Shown in pieces: positions 28,513 to 38,587 of a stretch of 64,000 nucleotides of DNA. A program made the position numbers and the translations under genes. The notes below the pieces were generated by a model. The model saw only the letters and a list, made by a program, of their open reading frames with translations, did no database searches and was not told where the DNA came from. How positions within the stretch are numbered: position 1 is the first letter of the stretch; every line of letters begins with the position of its first letter. The DNA comes from Gemmatimonadota bacterium (GTDB taxonomy: Bacteria > Gemmatimonadota > Gemmatimonadetes > Gemmatimonadales > GWC2-71-9), in the NCBI GenBank assembly GCA_039586365.1, contig JBDHKN010000028.1:23746-87745 (forward strand), written 5' to 3'.

Positions 28513-31254
28513 TCATTCCACCGTCAACGCTTCCACCGGATCGACCCTCATCACACGCGCCGCGGGAACGAAGCTCGCTATCATCCCAACCAGAGTGAGA
28601 GCCAGCACGACCGTTGCGAATACGAATGCGTCGCGGGGGCTGACGTCATAGAGGATCTGCCCGACAGCACCGGCGGCCAGCGCCGCGAGGCATATGCCCA
28701 AACCCAACCCCATGCCAAGCTGCACTACACCTCTCCGCATCACCAGACCCACCAGTTGCATCCGCTGCGCACCGAGCGCCATGCGGATGCCGATCTCCTG
28801 CGTTCTGAGGCTCACTGCGAACGACATCACGCCGTATAGGCCCACGGCGGCGAGAAACAGCGCGAAGAACCCGAGCGCCATGAACATGGTGCTGAATATC
28901 CTGAACATCCAGGTTGCGTTCTCCATCACCCTTGCGAGCGAGAATACGTTGTAGATCGGGAGATTCGGGTCGACGGCGGCAACGGCCGCCCGCGCGTCGC
29001 TGGTGAGGGACAAGGGCTCCGCCCTGGTACGGAGGGCCATGCTGATACTCCGACCCACACTTGCCTGGGAGATCGGCCTGTAGAACCCCGCCGGACTACC
29101 GTTCAGATTGCCGATGCCCTGCATGTACAGGTCGGGGGCCAGCCCTACTACCGTAAACCACGCCTCGGTGGTGTCTCTTCTTCCCATGCGAATGCGCCCA
29201 CCAATGGCGTCACCGCCCGGGAAGAAGGTGCGCGCAAACGACTGGTTGACTACGACAACGGGCAGCGAGTTGTCTCCGTCGCCGTTGTCGAACGCCCTGC
29301 CCCTTAGAACATCTACTTCGAAGGTGCGGAAGTAGTCGGCTGTGATGACTCCCTCTCGCGCGCTTGGAAAGTCATCATCGGTTGCGTAGGTCTGACCTTC
29401 CACTTCGAAGACCAGCAGACCGTTGCCCGCGGCCGGCAGTCCGTCCGACAACGTGGCAGCCTCCACACCGGGAATCGCTTCGAGCTGTGGCAGCAGACTC
29501 TCGTAGAACTGAACTCGACTGGCGTTGTCCGGATATTCCACTTCCGGCAGCAGCACCCGGGCCGTGAAGATGTTCTCGGTGGCAAATGGCAGCTCGAGGG
29601 TGTTCATTTTCACGATGCTCTTGATCATGAGGCCAGCTCCGATCAGCAGGGCACACGACACCGCCACCTCCGCCACGACAAATCCGGCGCTCAGCCGCCC
29701 CAACTTGAAACTGGACGCACCGCGGCTCTCGTCCTTGAGCGCTTCACCCACGTCGGCACCCGATGCCTTGAGCGCCGGCACCACACTTGAGACCAGCGCG
29801 GCAATCGTGGTCATCGCGATAACGAACACGGTCACCCGATGATCCACGTCGAACCTCACCCAGAAGGGAGGAGGTGACAGCTGCATCAGCCCGTCGAGCG
29901 AACTCATGAAGAACTCACCCAGCCCGAATCCGAGCGCCCCTCCGATTGCCGCCAGAATCAGCACCTCCGTGAAGAACTGACGCATTACCCGCGCGCGGCT
30001 GGCACCGAGGGCCGTTCGCAGCGCGACCTCCCGCACGCGCGCCGACACCCGTGCGAGCAACAGGTTGGCCACATTGGAGCAGGCGATGAGCAGCACACCT
30101 ATCACCGCACCCAACATCGTGAGCATGAGGGGCTTGAACTGCTGCCCGACGAAACGAACCGTGAACCCCTCCACCGTGGCGCCAATGCCCTCGTTCGTCT
30201 CCGGATGCACCTGCTCCAAACGAGCAGCAATCGTAGCGAGCTGGCTCCTCGCTTCGTCTAGCGTGACACCCGTCTTCAAGCGTGCTATGCCGATGTACTG
30301 CGGACCCTCACCGCGCGGCGTGCTCACGGGATCGAACACGATCGGCAGCCAGACCTGCTGGCGGTCGGGAAAGCCGAACCCCTCCGGCATGACGCCGACG
30401 ATTGTGTGCCGGACTCCGTTTGCCGTAACGTTCCTTCCTATCACATCGGCCGACGACTCGAAGCGATCGCGCCACACGTCGAATCCGATGAGGACTACTT
30501 GTTCTGCCCCCGGCAAATCCTCCCCTTCGCGGAAAGTTCTTCCCAGCACAGGACTGACCTGCAGCACATCGAACAGATTCGCCGTGGACACGCCGCCCCG
30601 ATAGCGTTCCGGCCGGCCCTCCGAGCCCGACAGGTTGATGGTGAGTTCCCAGCCTCCGAAGATCGCGAATTCATCGAACACGTTTTGCTGGTCGCGCCAA
30701 TCCGCGTAGTCGTGGACCGTGATGCCAATCGGATTCGCATCCCGAGCCAGATTGGTACGCTCGACGGCCACGACGCGCTCCGCCTGAGGCACCGGCAGCC
30801 CTTTCCAAAGAGCGCCGTTCACCATGCGGAACACGGTGGTCGTGAGACCGATGCCGAGCCCGAACGTGCCGATGACTATGAGTGAGAGACTCGGGTGCTT
30901 TAGCAGCATCCGAACGCCGAAGCGGATGTCCTTGATGAAGGCTTCCATGTTAGTCCACACCGAACGCGAGCGACCTGATGCGCGTGGTGCTCGCGGGTTA
31001 GAGCTGAACCGGACTTGGAATCGCTCTGTGACTGAATTGCAGAGCAGGGAGACGTACTCCCGGAAACATAGGGTTTGCCGCCCCAGCCACCGACGGTCCT
31101 GCGTCGCTTCGCGGTGCAAGTCAAAGAACAGAGTGATCATGCGCTCACGGTGCTCCGAGCCAAACTCTCTTGGCAAGCACAGCCTCGCGAGCCGAGCGTA
31201 ACAGCGCACCGCTCTGGGGCTCTCCACCTGTCCATCGCTCGATTCTCGCTTCAT
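28513..31254 (-). CDS. Duplicated MacB-type ABC permease (ADOP-like) with N-terminal prefix domain
   Basis: DIRFGVRMLLK, VLLIACSNVANLLL, GLYGVMSF..RTQEIGIRMALGA, VDPVEAL. Confidence 0.94.
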   Translation of the reverse strand: MKRESSDGQVESPRAVRCYARLARLCLPREFGSEHRERMITLFFDLHREATQDRRWLGRQTLCFREYVSLLCNSVTERFQVRFSSNPRAPRASGRSRSVWTNMEAFIKDIRFGVRMLLKHPSLSLIVIGTFGLGIGLTTTVFRMVNGALWKGLPVPQAERVVAVERTNLARDANPIGITVHDYADWRDQQNVFDEFAIFGGWELTINLSGSEGRPERYRGGVSTANLFDVLQVSPVLGRTFREGEDLPGAEQVVLIGFDVWRDRFESSADVIGRNVTANGVRHTIVGVMPEGFGFPDRQQVWLPIVFDPVSTPRGEGPQYIGIARLKTGVTLDEARSQLATIAARLEQVHPETNEGIGATVEGFTVRFVGQQFKPLMLTMLGAVIGVLLIACSNVANLLLARVSARVREVALRTALGASRARVMRQFFTEVLILAAIGGALGFGLGEFFMSSLDGLMQLSPPPFWVRFDVDHRVTVFVIAMTTIAALVSSVVPALKASGADVGEALKDESRGASSFKLGRLSAGFVVAEVAVSCALLIGAGLMIKSIVKMNTLELPFATENIFTARVLLPEVEYPDNASRVQFYESLLPQLEAIPGVEAATLSDGLPAAGNGLLVFEVEGQTYATDDDFPSAREGVITADYFRTFEVDVLRGRAFDNGDGDNSLPVVVVNQSFARTFFPGGDAIGGRIRMGRRDTTEAWFTVVGLAPDLYMQGIGNLNGSPAGFYRPISQASVGRSISMALRTRAEPLSLTSDARAAVAAVDPNLPIYNVFSLARVMENATWMFRIFSTMFMALGFFALFLAAVGLYGVMSFAVSLRTQEIGIRMALGAQRMQLVGLVMRRGVVQLGMGLGLGICLAALAAGAVGQILYDVSPRDAFVFATVVLALTLVGMIASFVPAARVMRVDPVEALTVE

Positions 31255-31260
31255 CTACCC

Positions 31261-31587
31261 TCAGAGGATTACGCCTTTGTCCCGGGCCATCCCGGCCACT
31301 GCCGTGAGCCACTCCGCTTCCGTTCGCAACACTCTCTTACCCCTGGCCGTGATGCTGTAATAGTTGCGGCGCTCGTCGTCGAGTTCGGGTACCGGGCGCT
31401 CCTCCGATTCCTCAATGAGCCCGTCATTCAGCATCCGCTTGATCGCGGTGTAGAGCGTGCTCGCCGTCAAGCGCACTCTTCCGTCGGTGTGCCGCTGAAC
31501 GTCGCGGATGATGGCGTAGCCGTGCAGTTGCTTGTCGCTCAGCGAGAGCAGGATCTGGAAGGCTTGGGGCGAGAGTGTCTTGGACAA
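31261..31587 (-). CDS. PadR family transcriptional regulator
   Basis: LHGYAI, STLYTAIKRM, RRNYYSITARG. Confidence 0.93.
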   Translation of the reverse strand: MSKTLSPQAFQILLSLSDKQLHGYAIIRDVQRHTDGRVRLTASTLYTAIKRMLNDGLIEESEERPVPELDDERRNYYSITARGKRVLRTEAEWLTAVAGMARDKGVIL

Positions 31588-31650
31588 GCCAAACCTCTAT
31601 CTCGAATCATGTAATAGTACTGCGTAGCGCGATATAGTATTCATCAAATC

Positions 31651-31677
31651 TACGTATTGTCTGGTGAGGAGGTTTCA
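31651..31677 (-). promoter_or_regulatory. ECF-type promoter of PadR cassette 1
   Basis: TGAAAC-N17-CGTA. Confidence 0.75.
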
Positions 31678-31792
31678 GGTCAGTGGGGGGCCGCAAGGGG
31701 CGTGCGGACGCGACGGGTCGTCCTGCGAAGTTAGCTAGCCGTCCAGATGTGTTTAGCCGACGTCGGGCCGGGTCCCGACGGTGGCGATCGCC

Positions 31793-31819
31793 TGAAACCT
31801 CCTCCGGAGACAATCCGTA
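31793..31819 (+). promoter_or_regulatory. ECF-type promoter of PadR cassette 2
   Basis: TGAAAC-N17-CGTA. Confidence 0.75.
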
Positions 31820-31888
31820 TGGTAAAGATGTAGGGGTAATCCCTATAGCTTTGCCCCCTGGAATCTGACATCAGCCACCGGAGGCTCC

Positions 31889-32245
31889 ATGAGCGCGCGG
31901 GATCCCACAGAGCTGCTACCGTTAACCACGCTCACCTATCACATACTCCTCGCACTGGCCGGCACGCCGCGCCACGGCTATGGGATCATCAAGGAGGTGT
32001 CCAACCGGACCGATGGGTGCGTGGAGCTGGAGACCGGTACCCTGTACGCGGCCATCAAGCGGCTGCGCGACGAGCAGTTGATCGAGGTCGTGCCAAGATC
32101 CGAGCGGCCGCCAGAGGAGGACAGCCGCCGCAGGAACTACCGTCTCACCAAGTTCGGCCAGGCTGTGCTGAAGGCCGAGTCGCAGCGGCTAGCTCAACTG
32201 GTGGGAATGGCGGTGGAGAAGAGTGTGCTGCCGGCGTGGGATTGA
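31889..32245 (+). CDS. PadR family transcriptional regulator
   Basis: RHGYGII, GTLYAAIKRL, RRRNYRLTKFG. Confidence 0.93.
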   Translation: MSARDPTELLPLTTLTYHILLALAGTPRHGYGIIKEVSNRTDGCVELETGTLYAAIKRLRDEQLIEVVPRSERPPEEDSRRRNYRLTKFGQAVLKAESQRLAQLVGMAVEKSVLPAWD

Positions 32246-32302
32246 CGATTGATGATTGACGATTGACGAGTGACGAGTGACGATTGACGAGTGACGAATG
32301 AC
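32240..32302 (+). repeat. GA(T/G/A)TGAC heptamer array (9 units)
   Basis: First unit supplies Asp and the TGA stop of PadR; lies between PadR and its permease. Confidence 0.95.
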
Positions 32303-32342
32303 CGATCATGACCGCTCACCGCTCTGTGGCGGAGACGCAGCG

Positions 32343-35009
32343 ATGACTAACCGATTGACCTGGCCTCTGCGCCTCTACCGTCTAGCCCTACGCGCTTATC
32401 CGCTCGCGTTTCGCGCTGAATGCGCCGAGGAGATGATCGAGACGCTCCGGAGCCGCGAGGCCGTTATCAGGGAAGCACGACAACGGTCGCGGCTGATCCG
32501 GTTCTGGTACAAGGAACTCTCCAGCGTGATCCGCAGCGGTCTGCGCTTGCGCATGCAGCGGGACGAACGGTCAGTGACGAAGTCGAGGGAAAGGAAGCAA
32601 TCGACCGCCGCAAGAGTGCTCTGCGTCGCACGTCAGGACGTCCAGTTCGCTGTTCGGACGCTGCACAGGCACTGGGTACTCACGTCGGTTGTGGTCTTGA
32701 CGCTCGCACTCGGCATCGGCGCAAGCGTGGCCACGTTCAACACGTTGTACGCCGCGCTCCTGAGACCGTTGCCGTTCCCCACCCCCGACCGCCTGGTAAT
32801 GGGCAGGGCGGTGTTCAATCAGCAGCTCAATCCGTGGGCGGCCGGTGCCGACTACTACGACTATCACGACCGCGCTGAGGCCTTCGACAACCTGGCCGCC
32901 TTCCTCCCCTTTCCTCAGGAATACACGGTGACAGGAGGCGAGCGCGCTGAGCGCGCCGCGGGCTTCACCGTCTCAACGAACTTCTTCGCCACGCTCGGCG
33001 TGCGTCCCCAAGCCGGACGAGACTTCGCAACCGAAGAGGGTTTGCAGGGAGCATCGGATGTGGCGCTCATAAGTCACTCATACTGGCAGAGTCACTTCGG
33101 CGGGGCACACGGTGCGGTTGGCCGGACGATTGTCGTGAATGGTAGACCGTACGCTGTGGTAGGAATAATGCCGCCAGACTTCCGCTTCATGTCCGAGGTG
33201 GAATTCTGGCTTCCCATGCGTGCGGACCGGGACGCGGCAGCGGCGAGGGATCGTCACAACTGGCTGTTGGTGGCACGTCTCAAACCCAATGTCACCCTCG
33301 AGCAGGCACAGACCCAAGTCGACGTGATCTCGGCGCAACTCGAGCAAGCCTACCCAGAGACCAACACGGGGAAGTCGCTGCTGCTTACGGAACTGCACGA
33401 CGTGCTGATGGAAGACTACCGCGCGACACTGTTCATAGTCACAGCTGCCGTGGGTCTGGTACTGCTGATAGCCTGCGGCAACGTGACCGGAATACTCCTG
33501 GCCCGCGCACCGGCACGCCGCACCGAGCTGTCGGTGCGGGCTGCAGTCGGTGCGGCGAGATCGCGTCTGATATCTCAGCTCCTCGCGGAAACGTTGGTTC
33601 TGGCTCTGGTCGCTGGACTCGCAGGCACGGTGATCGCGCTGTTCCTGCAGCAGTCGATAGTCGACTTCACACGCGTCGATTTGCCCGGTAACTACGATCG
33701 GGGCTTCTCAGCGCCTTTGCTCTGCTTCGCGGTTGTCTTCTCGCTCGCCGCAGGCTTGCTGGCCGGCGTCTACCCGGCCCTCGGGAGCGTACGTGGCAAT
33801 CTCGCCCAAGATCTGAGGGCCGGTGCGAGAACCATCGAAGGCGGAGGCCTGCGGTTTCGGAGCGGGCTTGTGGTAGCTCAGGTAGCGGCGTCGGTAATCC
33901 TGCTCATCGGTTCCGGGTTGTTGATCCGCAGCTTCGCCAGCGTGCTGGCGGTCAATCCGGGGTTCGACCCGCACAACGTGATAGCTGCCGACGTCGAGTT
34001 GCCCAGCGCTGCCTATGCCGGGCGTGACGCGCGCGTCGAGTTTTACGGTGAACTCGTCGAGCGAATACGTGCCATTCCCGGGGTTCAATCTGCCAGCCTC
34101 GTCAACCTCCTGCCGATTCGCGAGCCGCGCAACGTGTTCCGCGTAACCACTGCTGAGCATCCGGATCAGGCCAACTCGGTGTACCTCCGGGCGGTCCCGT
34201 CCGGCTACTTCGAGACGATGCGCATCCCGCTACTGGGCGGTCGAGCGATCGAGGCCGGCGATGCAGCGAACGCTAGCCAAGTTTGCCTCATCAGCGAGGC
34301 TGCAGCCACGGTTTTGTTACGGGGTAACCCGCTCGGCCGTGAATTGACACTGGACTGGTTTGGCACACCCCTTACCGTGGAGGTCGTGGGTGTTGTGGGT
34401 GATGTGCGCATGAGCGGACTCGATGCCGCACCGGGCCTCACGTTGTACGTACCGTATCCGCAGATCGCTTACCCCGCCATGCGCATCGTCGCCCGTACCG
34501 ACGTGGTGCCGACATCCATCGCTGACGAACTGCGCGACGCCGTCTGGGCGCTGGACGAGAACATACCAGTATCTGCCATCACGACGATGGACGACGTGAT
34601 CGATAGTTCCGTGTCACGTCGTAGAGTGATCGCGATGTCGCTGACCCTTTACGCCGTGTTGCCGCTCGTAATGGCGGCAGTGGGACTCTATGCCGTACTC
34701 GCATACCACGTGACCCAACGGTTCCACGAGATAGGTATCCGCATGGCACTGGGTGCCGATGCAGCGCGGATTGGTTGGCTGGTGTTGGGACGCGGTATCG
34801 GCCTGATCGGATTGGGTCTGGCACTGGGGATAGGTGGTGCCGTCGCCGCCACCCGGCTGTTGCAGCAGATGTTGTTCGGTATCCAGCCCACCGACCCCAC
34901 CACCTTCGTAGGCGTGGGCTTGTTCGTGCTGGCGGTGGCGCTGCTGGCCGGTCTGGTACCGGTGTGGCGCGCCGTGCGAGTGGACCCGCAGATCGCGCTC
35001 AAAGATTGA
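32343..35009 (+). CDS. Duplicated MacB-type ABC permease (ADOP-like)
   Basis: DVQFAVRTL, TLALGIGA, LVLLIACGNV, EIGIRMALGA, VDPQIAL; ATG 32343 after GGAGA. Confidence 0.94.
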   Translation: MTNRLTWPLRLYRLALRAYPLAFRAECAEEMIETLRSREAVIREARQRSRLIRFWYKELSSVIRSGLRLRMQRDERSVTKSRERKQSTAARVLCVARQDVQFAVRTLHRHWVLTSVVVLTLALGIGASVATFNTLYAALLRPLPFPTPDRLVMGRAVFNQQLNPWAAGADYYDYHDRAEAFDNLAAFLPFPQEYTVTGGERAERAAGFTVSTNFFATLGVRPQAGRDFATEEGLQGASDVALISHSYWQSHFGGAHGAVGRTIVVNGRPYAVVGIMPPDFRFMSEVEFWLPMRADRDAAAARDRHNWLLVARLKPNVTLEQAQTQVDVISAQLEQAYPETNTGKSLLLTELHDVLMEDYRATLFIVTAAVGLVLLIACGNVTGILLARAPARRTELSVRAAVGAARSRLISQLLAETLVLALVAGLAGTVIALFLQQSIVDFTRVDLPGNYDRGFSAPLLCFAVVFSLAAGLLAGVYPALGSVRGNLAQDLRAGARTIEGGGLRFRSGLVVAQVAASVILLIGSGLLIRSFASVLAVNPGFDPHNVIAADVELPSAAYAGRDARVEFYGELVERIRAIPGVQSASLVNLLPIREPRNVFRVTTAEHPDQANSVYLRAVPSGYFETMRIPLLGGRAIEAGDAANASQVCLISEAAATVLLRGNPLGRELTLDWFGTPLTVEVVGVVGDVRMSGLDAAPGLTLYVPYPQIAYPAMRIVARTDVVPTSIADELRDAVWALDENIPVSAITTMDDVIDSSVSRRRVIAMSLTLYAVLPLVMAAVGLYAVLAYHVTQRFHEIGIRMALGADAARIGWLVLGRGIGLIGLGLALGIGGAVAATRLLQQMLFGIQPTDPTTFVGVGLFVLAVALLAGLVPVWRAVRVDPQIALKD

Positions 35010-35102
35010 CGATTGACGATTGACGATTGACGAATGACGAGTGATGAGCTGATTCCTGATCGCTGATTATTAATAACTGAATACTGACGACAACAATGAC
35101 CG
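35004..35102 (+). repeat. GATTGAC array (6 units) plus a secondary degenerate heptamer tract
   Basis: GATTGAC x4, GAATGAC, GAGTGAT; then GATTCCT GATCGCT GATTATT AATAACT GAATACT GAC..AATGACCG. Confidence 0.93.
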
Positions 35103-35106
35103 CTCC

Positions 35107-35288
35107 ATCCAACTGGCGTGGGGATGGGGTTCGCACTTGTGGCCGGGTTGGCCCCGGCCATGGGGAATCTGTTGTTTGACGCCGATCTGTGGGATTGGAG
35201 GATCTACTCGGTGATCGCTTTCACTCTGTTCCTGGCGGGCCTCGCGGCGTCATTGATCCCGGCGCTGCAAACGCTGCGATACGACTGA
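35107..35288 (+). pseudogene. C-terminal remnant of an ADOP-type permease
   Basis: IQL, then a frameshift to VGMGFALVAGLAPAMGNLLFDADLWDWRIYSVIAFTLFLAGLAASLIPALQTLRYD*; resembles the last TM helices of the neighbouring permeases but lacks the RATRVDP-like segment. Confidence 0.75.
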
Positions 35289-35300
35289 CTAATCCCAATT

Positions 35301-35328
35301 GTCACTCGTCAATCGTCAATCGTCAATC
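35301..35328 (-). repeat. GATTGAC array (4 units)
   Basis: Minus strand GATTGAC x3, GAGTGAC, overlapping the permease TGA. Confidence 0.93.
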
Positions 35329-38041
35329 ACTCCGCCCGCAACACCTCCTGTGGATCAACCCTGACCGCCCGCAGTGCTGGCACCACACACGCGATCAATC
35401 CGACCGCTACGAGGCAGAGGCTCACACTGGCAAACGTGACCGCGTCCCTAGCGGAGACGCCGAACAGGAGACTACTGACAATCCTTGTGCCCGCGAAGCC
35501 ACCCGTGAGTCCGAGGACGATCCCGATCGCCACCAGCGACATCCCCTTCCGGAGCACGAGTCCGATTATGCTTGGAGGCGCTGCCCCCATTGCCACTCTT
35601 ATTCCCAGCTCGCGGGTGCGCTGTCTCACGAAGTAAGCCAGCACACCGTACAGCCCCGTCGACGCTAGGACCACTGCTACAGCCGCGAACAGAGCCACGA
35701 GTATCATCCTGAAGCGCGGCTGCGACAGCGAGTTCGCAATGCGTGTCTCCATGTTCTGGAATCCCGAGATCGGTATCTCCCGGTCCACCTCCCACACCGC
35801 CTCGCGCAACGCCGGTGCTATTTCGGTCGGATTTCCGGCGGTCCGCACCATGAGTTGCAGCCTCTGAGGACCGACCTGACGCGCCGGGATGTAGAACACG
35901 TTGGGTACGTCTGCGGCCAGCCCGAACTCCCTCACGTCACCCACGACGCCAACCACGTCCCAATTCGCATCCCACAGGACCATCTGCTTGCCCAGCGGAT
36001 CTTCGTCCGGAAAGAACCGGTTCGCCATGGTCTGGCCGATTATCATGACCAGCGTGGAGTTGGGCCCGTCCAGCGCCGAGAAGTCACGGCCCGCGAGGAT
36101 GGGGATCCCCATGGTCGCGAAGTAGCCCTCCGATATCATCCTGCGGTCACCCGCCGATTGATTGCGGTCGGCAGTACTTGCCGGCGGCCGGTCAGCCGGA
36201 TAGACGGTATTCCAGGTGCCACCACTCCGGATCGGCTGTTGATCGATGGAGCCGACCGACACCACGCCTGGCAGCGCTGCAACTTGCTGATGTATCAGCG
36301 ACCAGGCTTGCTCGATCTCTTCATTGGACCGGTACTTCCAACTCGGCAGCTGCGCATCTGCTTGGAGCAACCGCTGCGCCTGGAACCCGGGATCGACCCC
36401 CTGCAGCCGCAAGTAGCTCCGCACCAGCAGACCGGATGCTATCATCAGCATCAGTGACAGAGCAACTTGTGTGACCACCAGCGTACTCCTGAAGCCCGAC
36501 TTCCCCTGGCTGCTACCGCGCATGCCACCGACCCTGAGAGCATCCGCGAGTGAGAGGCTGGTTCCTCTCAGTGCCGGCACGACTCCGAAAAGGATGCTCG
36601 TAGCTAGGGAGAGAATGAACGCGAATCCCAGCACCCTAGCATCCAATCCCAACTCCTGCAAGCGAGGCAACGTTCCCGGCCCAAACGACTTGAGAGCGTC
36701 CATCCCGAGCAGTGCCAGTATCACGCCGACACCACCACCCAGAAGTGCGACCAACACGCTTTCGGTCAGCAACAGCCGCACTACTCTGCCTCGTACTGCG
36801 CCCAGCGAGAACCGCACAGCTATTTCGGGGATTCTGGTGGCAGCCCGAGCGAGCGCCAGCGAGGCCACGTTCGCGCACGCGATCAGCAGGACCAGTGAGA
36901 CCAGGCCGAGCATGATGAACAGGACGGTTCTCGCACCTGCGAAGAGCCGCTCGTGTAGCGATTGGAGCCGCACACTCCATCCTTGGTTGGTCTCCGGATA
37001 CGCTTCTGCGATGCGCTGGGCGATCATCTGCATCTGCCCCTGTGCCTGCTCGATGGTCATGCCTTCCGCCAACCGGCCTATCAGATTGAAGTTGTTGTTT
37101 CCTCGGCTCTGCGTGAACGGATCTCTGGCTTGCATTGGGAACAACAGGCCCACTGCGCTCGGGAAATTGAAATCCTGTGGCATGACACCGACTATCTGAT
37201 ATGGCTCCCCGTTGATCGTAATTGAAGTGCCGACGGCCGTCTGATCATTTCCGAATCGTCTCTGCCAGAAGCCGTGTGAGATGACTACGACGTTCTGCTC
37301 GCCGGTGCGTTCCTCTTCCAGCAAGAAGGATCGACCCAGTTGCGGGGCGACGCCCAACGTGGAGAAGAAGTTGTACGATACCGTCGTACTGGGAACGCGT
37401 TCCGGTTCGTCACGCCCAGTGATGATGGCCTGCGGTGTGAACACCAGCATTGCGGCTACCGACTTGAGCGCATCTGCCTGTTCGCGAAAATCCCAGTAGT
37501 CCAGTGCGGATGTGGAGTTGCTCATGACTCCCCGCTCTTCATTCATGCTCGAGATCCAAACGAGTTCCTCGGGATCTTCGAGCGGGAGCGGTCTCAGCAC
37601 AACCGAGTTCAGCAGACTGAACATCAGCGTGACCGCACCGATGCCGATGGCGAGCACCAGCACGCTAGCCAGGGTGAATCCGGGGCTGCGTCTGAAGCTG
37701 CGGGACGCAAAACGGATGTCGTTCCATGAGTCTTTCATGATGAAACCCCTCGAAGCTCTGCCTCCAGTGGCGGGGCCGCTCGAGTGCACCGGCCCGGGTT
37801 TTTGGCGGCGGTGCGCGCCGCGGCGCGTCAGATACCGCAAGCAGAGCGGCGGCAGCTGACTCCAGTACCACAGGCCCGCGCGCAGCCGCACTGCCCGACT
37901 AGTGGGATCCCGTTCCATCAGGCTGCAATAGGCTTCGTGCAGATCGCCGAGCACGGTGTCCCGCACCATGCCTCGGGGGAGGCAGGCAGCCAGCAGCGCC
38001 TGGGCTGCGCGGGGAGGCACTGCCTTGCGTACTGGTCTCAT
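35327..38041 (-). CDS. Duplicated MacB-type ABC permease (ADOP-like) with PP..GD..E..WYW prefix domain
   Basis: DIRFASRSFRRSPGF, LVLLIACANVA, RTRELGIRVAMGA, VDPQEVLRAE; ATGA overlap with PadR. Confidence 0.94.
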   Translation of the reverse strand: MRPVRKAVPPRAAQALLAACLPRGMVRDTVLGDLHEAYCSLMERDPTSRAVRLRAGLWYWSQLPPLCLRYLTRRGAHRRQKPGPVHSSGPATGGRASRGFIMKDSWNDIRFASRSFRRSPGFTLASVLVLAIGIGAVTLMFSLLNSVVLRPLPLEDPEELVWISSMNEERGVMSNSTSALDYWDFREQADALKSVAAMLVFTPQAIITGRDEPERVPSTTVSYNFFSTLGVAPQLGRSFLLEEERTGEQNVVVISHGFWQRRFGNDQTAVGTSITINGEPYQIVGVMPQDFNFPSAVGLLFPMQARDPFTQSRGNNNFNLIGRLAEGMTIEQAQGQMQMIAQRIAEAYPETNQGWSVRLQSLHERLFAGARTVLFIMLGLVSLVLLIACANVASLALARAATRIPEIAVRFSLGAVRGRVVRLLLTESVLVALLGGGVGVILALLGMDALKSFGPGTLPRLQELGLDARVLGFAFILSLATSILFGVVPALRGTSLSLADALRVGGMRGSSQGKSGFRSTLVVTQVALSLMLMIASGLLVRSYLRLQGVDPGFQAQRLLQADAQLPSWKYRSNEEIEQAWSLIHQQVAALPGVVSVGSIDQQPIRSGGTWNTVYPADRPPASTADRNQSAGDRRMISEGYFATMGIPILAGRDFSALDGPNSTLVMIIGQTMANRFFPDEDPLGKQMVLWDANWDVVGVVGDVREFGLAADVPNVFYIPARQVGPQRLQLMVRTAGNPTEIAPALREAVWEVDREIPISGFQNMETRIANSLSQPRFRMILVALFAAVAVVLASTGLYGVLAYFVRQRTRELGIRVAMGAAPPSIIGLVLRKGMSLVAIGIVLGLTGGFAGTRIVSSLLFGVSARDAVTFASVSLCLVAVGLIACVVPALRAVRVDPQEVLRAE

Positions 38042-38370
38042 TGTTGCTCCAGTATCGAGTCCAGCCCCTCCCACAGTTGCAACCAGGCGGTACGCGATCG
38101 CCGCACTGCGGCAAGCCCGGCAGGAGTCACTGTCAGGTATCGCTTGGGCTTCCCGCCGCGCCGGGGCGTCGGGTCCCCAAGCTGTGAAGTGAGCATGCCC
38201 TTTTCTTCCAGCCGGTCGAGTGTCACGTAGAGGGCTCCACGCGACACTGTGCGGCCGACTCGTTCGCTCAGCTCTTGCAGCACGTTGGTACCGAAGGCCT
38301 CACCGTTCAGTTGCAGCACGGCGAGCAGGATCATCTGTTCCAGTTCGCCGAGATATCCGGTTCGCTTCAT
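38038..38370 (-). CDS. PadR family transcriptional regulator
   Basis: LGELEQMILLAV, GALYVTLDRLEEKG, RGGKPKRYLTVTPAG. Confidence 0.93.
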   Translation of the reverse strand: MKRTGYLGELEQMILLAVLQLNGEAFGTNVLQELSERVGRTVSRGALYVTLDRLEEKGMLTSQLGDPTPRRGGKPKRYLTVTPAGLAAVRRSRTAWLQLWEGLDSILEQQ

Positions 38371-38421
38371 GGTTCCGCGCCAGTATAGTGACAGGTGAGC
38401 CTCATCCAATCATACAAAATA

Positions 38422-38448
38422 GACGCAGGCAGTGAGAAAAAGGTTTCA
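38422..38448 (-). promoter_or_regulatory. ECF-type promoter of PadR cassette 3
   Basis: TGAAAC-CTTTTT..(N17)-CGTC. Confidence 0.72.
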
Positions 38449-38483
38449 GATTGACGATTGACGATTGACGAATGGCGATTGAC
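38449..38483 (+). repeat. GATTGAC array (5 units)
   Basis: GATTGAC x3, GAATGGC, GATTGAC; abuts the -35 hexamer of the minus-strand promoter. Confidence 0.93.
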
Positions 38484-38587
38484 GGTCGGCAGGTGCCACG
38501 GGAGAGTCCGCACCGCCATTTTGATCCCGTTGTGCGCGGGTCTGGTACTCCAGATTGGACGGCAACGTGCAGATTGTGCAGGTGTCA

